A stretch of DNA of 41,812 nucleotides, from positions 1-41,812 of IMG/VR virus record IMGVR_UViG_3300032253_000009. One strand, written 5' to 3'. Position 1 is the stretch's first letter. Each line of letters opens with the position of its first letter. This DNA comes from a virus. Lineage: Duplodnaviria > Caudoviricetes. The position numbers were made by a program, and so were the translations under genes. The notes below the pieces were generated by a model that saw only the letters and a program-made list of their open reading frames with translations, was not told the DNA's origin and did not search any database. Of the stretch, positions 36,173 to 41,812 are shown one piece after another.

Positions 36173-37689
36173 GCGCAGTCTTAGACACTGTTCAAGTTAT
36201 GGCTGATTCAGTTCATCAATCGCGTTTAAGTGGTGAATGGTTTATTAAAAATATTCTTAGGCAGTTAGATGAATGCGACCCTTGGCAAATAGAAGTCGTT
36301 GAAGCGGTTCTGGATGTTTGGCGCAAAGAAAATGGGTATCCTACGAAGTTTAACCATGAAGGTTTAAACCGCATAACTATTGTTAGTTGTCATGGTACAG
36401 GTAAAACGCATGTACTGGCATTAGTGCTTCATGTTTGGAATTATTGTTTTTATGGTTTAGTTGTTGGCACCGCACCAAAGCAAGATCAAATTAAAACACG
36501 CTTTATGCCACGTTATAGAAAAATACGCAGTGCATCACCAGAAGCCTATCAAAAACTTTCTAAAGTCGATACATTAAAAATTTCTAAATATGGTGTTGGT
36601 GGATGGGATGCTGATTGGGGGTATGTTGGTGAAACGGCTACTGATCCTGATAATATGTCAGGCTATCACGATACACCACAACTTGTTTTAGTTGATGAAG
36701 CAAGCGCTAAAGGTTTAGATCCAATGTTCCCAGTTGTTGAAGGTGCAATTACAACTAAAGGTTCTATGATTGTTCAGATAGGAAATCCTACACGCTCACA
36801 GGGGGAATTTTGGGCAAGTCATAATAAAAAAGGTACTAAAGAATTATATTATCGAATGCATGTTAAACCTTCTGATTCACGTTATATAACGCAAGAATGG
36901 TTAGACAACATGAAGATTAAATATGGTGAACAATCACCTGTTTATCAAGTGCGTGGATTAGGAAACTTTGTAGAACAAGATGAAAACCAATTAATTGCTT
37001 TATCATGGGTAGAAGAAGCTAGGCATGAATGGGAATCAGACGGTTCAATACCTACTCTAAAAATATCGGCTGATATAGCAGATGGTGGTGAAGATGAAAC
37101 GGTTATTACAGTAGCACTTGAATATGATACCTTTACAGTTTTAAAATCAATACATCGTTTTTCATTCCCTCCTTCTAAGTCAGTTATTTTGGCAGCAGAA
37201 GCGGTAATGAGAATAGCAGAAGCTAATAACTATTCTGCTACTAATGGTGATTTACTTATAGTTGATGGTATTGGAGTAGGTTCAGGTACAGCAGGCTATT
37301 TACTAAAACAAAATAAATACAATGTTATTATTTTTAAAGCAGGCTCTACTGAAAATGTAGACACTAAGAAATGGCGTAATCAGCGTGTACGTACAGCTAT
37401 GGTTTTTAGAGACGGTTTAAGAGATGAAACTATTATTATTGATCCTAATTTTTGCAGTGAATTAGATTGGGATGATTTTACAGCACAAGTATGTAGTATT
37501 AAAACTAAAAATGATGACGAACGCATAGAAGATTTAGTTAGTAAAAAAGATATGAAACGTGAAGGTATTAAATCACCTGATATGTTTGATAGCCCTAGTA
37601 TGGCCTTTGCAAACCAAGCACCTCAACTATCACAAAGCTCTTCTTTGGAAGTTATAGGTGAAATGGAGACAGTTAATGCAGTTTGGTAA
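36169..37689 (+). CDS. terL: Terminase large subunit
   Basis: SCHGTGKT, VLVDEA, IGNP, SADIADGGEDET, KSPDMFD. Confidence 0.93.
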   Translation: MSAVLDTVQVMADSVHQSRLSGEWFIKNILRQLDECDPWQIEVVEAVLDVWRKENGYPTKFNHEGLNRITIVSCHGTGKTHVLALVLHVWNYCFYGLVVGTAPKQDQIKTRFMPRYRKIRSASPEAYQKLSKVDTLKISKYGVGGWDADWGYVGETATDPDNMSGYHDTPQLVLVDEASAKGLDPMFPVVEGAITTKGSMIVQIGNPTRSQGEFWASHNKKGTKELYYRMHVKPSDSRYITQEWLDNMKIKYGEQSPVYQVRGLGNFVEQDENQLIALSWVEEARHEWESDGSIPTLKISADIADGGEDETVITVALEYDTFTVLKSIHRFSFPPSKSVILAAEAVMRIAEANNYSATNGDLLIVDGIGVGSGTAGYLLKQNKYNVIIFKAGSTENVDTKKWRNQRVRTAMVFRDGLRDETIIIDPNFCSELDWDDFTAQVCSIKTKNDDERIEDLVSKKDMKREGIKSPDMFDSPSMAFANQAPQLSQSSSLEVIGEMETVNAVW

Positions 37690-39970
37690 TTTTGAGTTTA
37701 ATTTTAAAAAGAAAGCGGCCGCAGAAGCGGTTAATCCATCCACTGTAAGTTCTGTAATTTCAGAATCTTCTTTATATACTTCAAACGATTTTAGAAAGTA
37801 TAACCCTGATGATCTAATAGGTCGGCAAGGTTATAAAGTTTATAAGCGTATGATGAATGATGAACAGATTAAAGCGGCTGTTAGATTCAGACGTAATTCA
37901 GTTACATCTCGTGGATGGGCTTTTAAGTTTGAAGATGCTGAAGAATTAAGTAATGAAGAAAAAGAAAAGCGTATTAATGTATTAACTAAATCTTTAACTT
38001 CAATGAAAGGTAATTTACGCGGTGCGCTCAATGGTATTATGTCTTCTATGTACCATGGCTTTTCATTAAGTGAGAAAACATTTAAATCATTCAATTATAA
38101 AGGTACTCCTTATTGGGGTGTTCAATCAATACATTTAAAGCCCTTTGAAAGTTTCCATTTTAATTCTAATTCGTTTGGTGATTTAGAATCTATTACACAG
38201 GTGATAGGCCAAGAAACGGTAAACGTTGATCAAAATAAAATGATTCACCATGTGCATAATCCAGAAGTAGATTTATACTTTGGTCAATCAGAACTACGTG
38301 AAGCCTATCGTGCATACTATTCTAAAGACGTAATTATTAAGTTAGAGAATATATTTTTAGAACGTAGTGCAGGCGGTTTTATTTGGGCGCAGCCTAAAAC
38401 AGAGTCTACAATAAGTTCAGGTAGTGTTCAGGAAACTAATTTAAAAAGCGTATTAAAACGTATTCAAACTATCACATCTATTTTATTACCTAAAGATGTA
38501 GACTTACATGTCGAAATGCCTAAAGATACACAAGCATTTGATAGAGCAATTGCAAAACATAATAAAGCATTATCTAAAGCATTATTAATGCCTTCATTAT
38601 TAGGCTTATCAGAACAAGGCAACGTAGGAAGCAACGCACAAAGCCAAACACAATTAGAATCCTTTTTATGGATGCTTGATAGTGAAGCAGAAGATTTAGC
38701 AGAAACAATTAATGAACAATTAATACAAGACTTAGGAGATTTTAATTTTGGGGATGATATTTATCCCACATTTTATTTTAAACCGTTATCGAATGCAGAG
38801 TTAGTTAAAACAATTGATAACTGGACTAAGTTAGTAGAAAAGAATGCAGTCGTGCCAACAGAATCAGATGAAGAATATTGGCGCGAAGCTCTTGAACTTC
38901 CTGAGAAGGGGGAACCTATTCAGACTGTTCCAAGTGAATCAGATGCCATAGGTAGTGGCGCGAATGTCGAAGACACATTGCCTATTAAACCAACTGATGA
39001 TATTAAAACTTTGGATAGTGATCGCCCCTCTCAGGAACCTAAAAAAGAAAAGGCTAAAATGTCGCGTGATACTATGCTATTTAGCAGAGCGGTTAAACGT
39101 GTAGACTTTTCTCAAATAGATAGAAGCTCTGGTATAGCCGAATACCAAGGTGAAGTACATCTAGCAAATATAATGCAAGACATCGTTGAATGGTCTTCTA
39201 ATGAAATAAGAACAGAGTATTATAATTTATTAACAACACCTTCAGAGGTTAAGAAGTTTAAATTTAAGCCTGAATTTAAAGCAGACTTGAAAAAAGTATC
39301 TAAGCGTATTCTTGTTAATGGTTGGCGTATAGGCATGGATAACGGCAAGCAAGAATTAGCTAAAGCAGATAGTTTAAGAATGTCTAAGCTTAATTTTGCA
39401 GCACTAACAGAACAAGCGGCAAAAGAATACTTTGAAGCTAAAGCATTCACAATGGCAGGCAAACTATCAGACGATGCATTAGCTATTATTAAAAATGAAT
39501 TAATGGTAGGTATTAAATATAGTAAAACGACTGACGATGTAATTGAATCAGTTTATACAGCGTTTGGTAAAGCAGGTTTACTAACTCGTGAAGTATTAGA
39601 AGAACTATTAGGTGAAGCGTTAAATGTTAAAACACCTACAGCACGATTAAAAACAGTAGTAAGAACGAATCTTTTTGAAGCAGTGAATGAAGCACGTTTT
39701 TCTTTATTCACAGGTAAAGACGTTCAAGGCTTTGTTACTAAATTAGAATACAGTGCAATATTAGATAGTCGTACTACTGATATATGTAAAGCGCTTGATG
39801 ATAAAGTGTTATTAGCTGATGCAAGTGAGTGGGATAAGTACAGACCGCCTAACCATTTCAATTGCCGTTCTTTATTAATACCAGTAACAGAAGCAGACGA
39901 TGCAAAAGTTAAGTTGTTTCCTAAAAGTGTTTTAGATGGTGAAATACAACCTTTGGATGGATTTAAATAA
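37676..39970 (+). CDS. Portal (DUF935/Mu gp29-like) fused to Mu gpF/SPP1 gp7-like domain
   Basis: YHGFSLSE, FGQSELREAY portal motifs; YSAILDSRTTDICKALD...PPNHFNCRS. Confidence 0.85.
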   Translation: MQFGNFEFNFKKKAAAEAVNPSTVSSVISESSLYTSNDFRKYNPDDLIGRQGYKVYKRMMNDEQIKAAVRFRRNSVTSRGWAFKFEDAEELSNEEKEKRINVLTKSLTSMKGNLRGALNGIMSSMYHGFSLSEKTFKSFNYKGTPYWGVQSIHLKPFESFHFNSNSFGDLESITQVIGQETVNVDQNKMIHHVHNPEVDLYFGQSELREAYRAYYSKDVIIKLENIFLERSAGGFIWAQPKTESTISSGSVQETNLKSVLKRIQTITSILLPKDVDLHVEMPKDTQAFDRAIAKHNKALSKALLMPSLLGLSEQGNVGSNAQSQTQLESFLWMLDSEAEDLAETINEQLIQDLGDFNFGDDIYPTFYFKPLSNAELVKTIDNWTKLVEKNAVVPTESDEEYWREALELPEKGEPIQTVPSESDAIGSGANVEDTLPIKPTDDIKTLDSDRPSQEPKKEKAKMSRDTMLFSRAVKRVDFSQIDRSSGIAEYQGEVHLANIMQDIVEWSSNEIRTEYYNLLTTPSEVKKFKFKPEFKADLKKVSKRILVNGWRIGMDNGKQELAKADSLRMSKLNFAALTEQAAKEYFEAKAFTMAGKLSDDALAIIKNELMVGIKYSKTTDDVIESVYTAFGKAGLLTREVLEELLGEALNVKTPTARLKTVVRTNLFEAVNEARFSLFTGKDVQGFVTKLEYSAILDSRTTDICKALDDKVLLADASEWDKYRPPNHFNCRSLLIPVTEADDAKVKLFPKSVLDGEIQPLDGFK

Positions 39971-41046
39971 TGAGTTTACACACAATTGATAAAGTAGAAG
40001 TTTTTGCTACAGGTACTTGGCATGGTATTAAATTTACAGAACGCGATTTAGACAAAATAGTAGAAGCGTTTAATGTTACTAAAGATAAGTATAAAGCACC
40101 TTTAAAGCTAGGGCATAATGACGAACAAGCGTTAGCAGATGGTGCTTTGTCACTAGGTTGGGTAGAATCAATCTGGAAAGAAGTCGGTGCAGATGGTGGT
40201 ATTAAGCTAATGGCTAAATTCATTGATGTGCCTAAAGTTATATTTGAAGCAGTTGAAAAGAAACTATTCAAACAAATTTCTATTGAGCTATATAAAAATG
40301 TATCGTTTAATAAGAAAGTTTTTAATTTTGTACTTTCTGGAGTAGCTATTTTAGGTTCCTACTTACCAGAAGTAACAACCCTAGCTGATATATCGCACTA
40401 CTTTAAGCGTGAAGGATTCGGTACTTCCGAACTGTTATGTTTTAGTGCATTAGATCAAAACGGTAATTTAATCAAGGAGGCATGTGAAATGTCAATTACT
40501 AAAGAAGAATTAACCGCACAACTTGCGGCACAAAAAGCAGAGTTAGAACTTAAGTTTTCTAAAGATGATAAAACATCACAATTAGAAACGCAGCTTGAAG
40601 AAGCTAAAGCAAAAGTTCTAGCATTCACTAAAAAAGAAGAAGATGAAGCTAAAAAAGCTGAAGCAGATAAAATTGAATTTTCTCGTAAAGCAGTAACCGA
40701 GTTATTAGATAAATCTGTTACAGATATGTTAATCACACCTGCACAAAAAGAAACATTTTCTAAATTGTTAGGTGTAGATACTGATTCAATTGCTAATGTA
40801 GACATTGAAGATGTTAAAGCATTAATCGGTGATGAAAAAGCTTCATTCTCTAAAGATTCAACAAAGAATGATAAAGATAAAACTGGAGCCACAGAAATGA
40901 CAGCAGGCGAAGAACTAAACTTCAAAGTTCAGGAGTATATGGATAGCCATGAAAAAGTTACCTATACAACTGCATTAGAACGTGTAATGGAACGTAATAT
41001 TGAACTTGCTAAAGAACATATTAACGCAACAGCAGGAGAAGAATAA
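39970..41046 (+). CDS. Mu-I-like prohead protease/scaffold
   Basis: VFATGTW, PLKLGH, LGWV, ISIE, GVAILG..P; charged helical C-half with an internal SD+ATG (MSIT). Confidence 0.8.
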   Translation: MSLHTIDKVEVFATGTWHGIKFTERDLDKIVEAFNVTKDKYKAPLKLGHNDEQALADGALSLGWVESIWKEVGADGGIKLMAKFIDVPKVIFEAVEKKLFKQISIELYKNVSFNKKVFNFVLSGVAILGSYLPEVTTLADISHYFKREGFGTSELLCFSALDQNGNLIKEACEMSITKEELTAQLAAQKAELELKFSKDDKTSQLETQLEEAKAKVLAFTKKEEDEAKKAEADKIEFSRKAVTELLDKSVTDMLITPAQKETFSKLLGVDTDSIANVDIEDVKALIGDEKASFSKDSTKNDKDKTGATEMTAGEELNFKVQEYMDSHEKVTYTTALERVMERNIELAKEHINATAGEE

Positions 41047-41408
41047 TGTCTATTTCAAATAAAACAATTGACTACCCAATAGTCGCAGGAGAAGATTTAT
41101 CTTCTTTTCAATATCATGTAATTGAGTTAGATGGTACGTTAGCTAATTCAGCTAATGCAGCAATTGGTTCTATTACTAATAAGCCTCAAAATGGTGAAGG
41201 CGTTCAAGCAGCAGCTATCGGCATGATGAAAGTTAAAGCAGGCGCAGCAGTTGCAGCTAAAGCATTAGTTACTGTTACTACTTCTGGTTGGTGTATTACT
41301 GCTACTTCAGGCACTACTATCATCGGTAAGAATACTAATACAGCGGTAGCGAGTGGTGAAACATTCCCTATGTACGGTAATTTCTTCAATGGCCGTGCGG
41401 CTACATAA
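41046..41408 (+). CDS. Capsid decoration/cement protein
   Basis: Ala/Gly/Thr-rich 120 aa between scaffold and capsid genes. Confidence 0.7.
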   Translation: MSISNKTIDYPIVAGEDLSSFQYHVIELDGTLANSANAAIGSITNKPQNGEGVQAAAIGMMKVKAGAAVAAKALVTVTTSGWCITATSGTTIIGKNTNTAVASGETFPMYGNFFNGRAAT

Positions 41409-41419
41409 GGAGTATTAAA

Positions 41420-41812
41420 ATGAAAAATGAATTATTAAAAGTAAACTTTGCCGCAGTAGGTAAAGACATTCACATTGACGTACCATTATCTAATGTGGCA
41501 ATTGATTTTACACCTACTGGAATGATTGCAGATATGATTGCACCAGTTGTCGGTGTTCCTAATATCAGTGGTTCTTTTCCAACTTTCGATCGTGCTGATA
41601 CTTTCCGAGTTGATAACACTGCGCGCGCACAAGGTACAGAAGCGAATCGTGTTAGTCGTAATGTGTCAAGTGATAACTTCTTGTGTAAAAACTATGCATT
41701 AATGGACGGTGTAACAATTGAAAATCGTTATAACGCTGATCCAATTTATGTTCAGAAGTTATTTAATGGTGGTGTTCAGTTCGTTAAAACTAAGTTAATG
41801 TTAGATTGGGAA
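41420..41812 (+). CDS. Major capsid protein, 5' part (continues at 1..715; 326 aa in total)
   Basis: ATG 41420 with AAGGAG SD; MKNELLKVNFAAVGKDIHIDVPLSNVAI... in frame with ORF 17..715; follows protease and decoration genes. Confidence 0.88.
   Translation, partial: MKNELLKVNFAAVGKDIHIDVPLSNVAIDFTPTGMIADMIAPVVGVPNISGSFPTFDRADTFRVDNTARAQGTEANRVSRNVSSDNFLCKNYALMDGVTIENRYNADPIYVQKLFNGGVQFVKTKLMLDWE

Noticed and set aside
2301-41389. Antisense or out-of-frame track ORFs (e.g. 2301..2669, 3974..4459, 4525..4893, 5082..5741, 35614..36036, 40455..40925)
   Set aside because: Shadow frames of better-supported genes, without recognisable motifs
1-41812. Stop-codon reassignment suggested by two internal stops and the possible CUA loop
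   Set aside because: Core genes are intact in code 11 and TAA, TAG and TGA all end genes at tight junctions (e.g. 7643, 8825, 13483)
41686-41812. Biological terminal repeat
   Set aside because: 127-nt overlap falls inside the capsid gene and matches a typical assembler k-mer
35654-41812. Transposable Mu-like phage
   Set aside because: Only head and neck genes are Mu-like; no transposase, and the phage encodes its own polymerase and primase

Overview
Apparently complete, circularly assembled genome (41,685 bp plus a 127-bp end overlap) of an AT-rich tailed dsDNA phage, probably a siphovirus of a Gram-negative host (overlapping spanin pair). The rightward arm (35654 through the contig junction to 18169) carries TerS/TerL, a portal fused to a Mu-gpF-like domain, Mu-I-like protease/scaffold, decoration protein, major capsid, a 1028-aa GT4-methyltransferase-GT2 fusion, a LamG adhesin module, neck, tail tube, a -1 frameshifted chaperone, tape measure, tail tip and lysis genes. 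The leftward arm (about 35070 to 18166) carries an RHH regulator, primase-helicase, an SSB-like gene, family A DNA polymerase, PD-(D/E)XK and VRR-NUC nucleases, an SNF2 helicase and many small ORFs. I found no integrase, Cas genes, reverse transcriptase or purZ. Four signals stand out: (1) a P4-CI/P1-C4-like leader stem-loop whose loop is complementary to a GGCTAGG motif at the ribosome-binding sites of five early/replication genes; (2) nine stop+SD+start direct repeats delimiting single-minigene cassettes; (3) a tRNA-His-like RNA with a collapsed anticodon loop and an extra long arm; (4) the tri-domain glycosyltransferase beside the capsid gene, a candidate for virion glycosylation. All protein calls come from motif recognition and synteny, not database searches.
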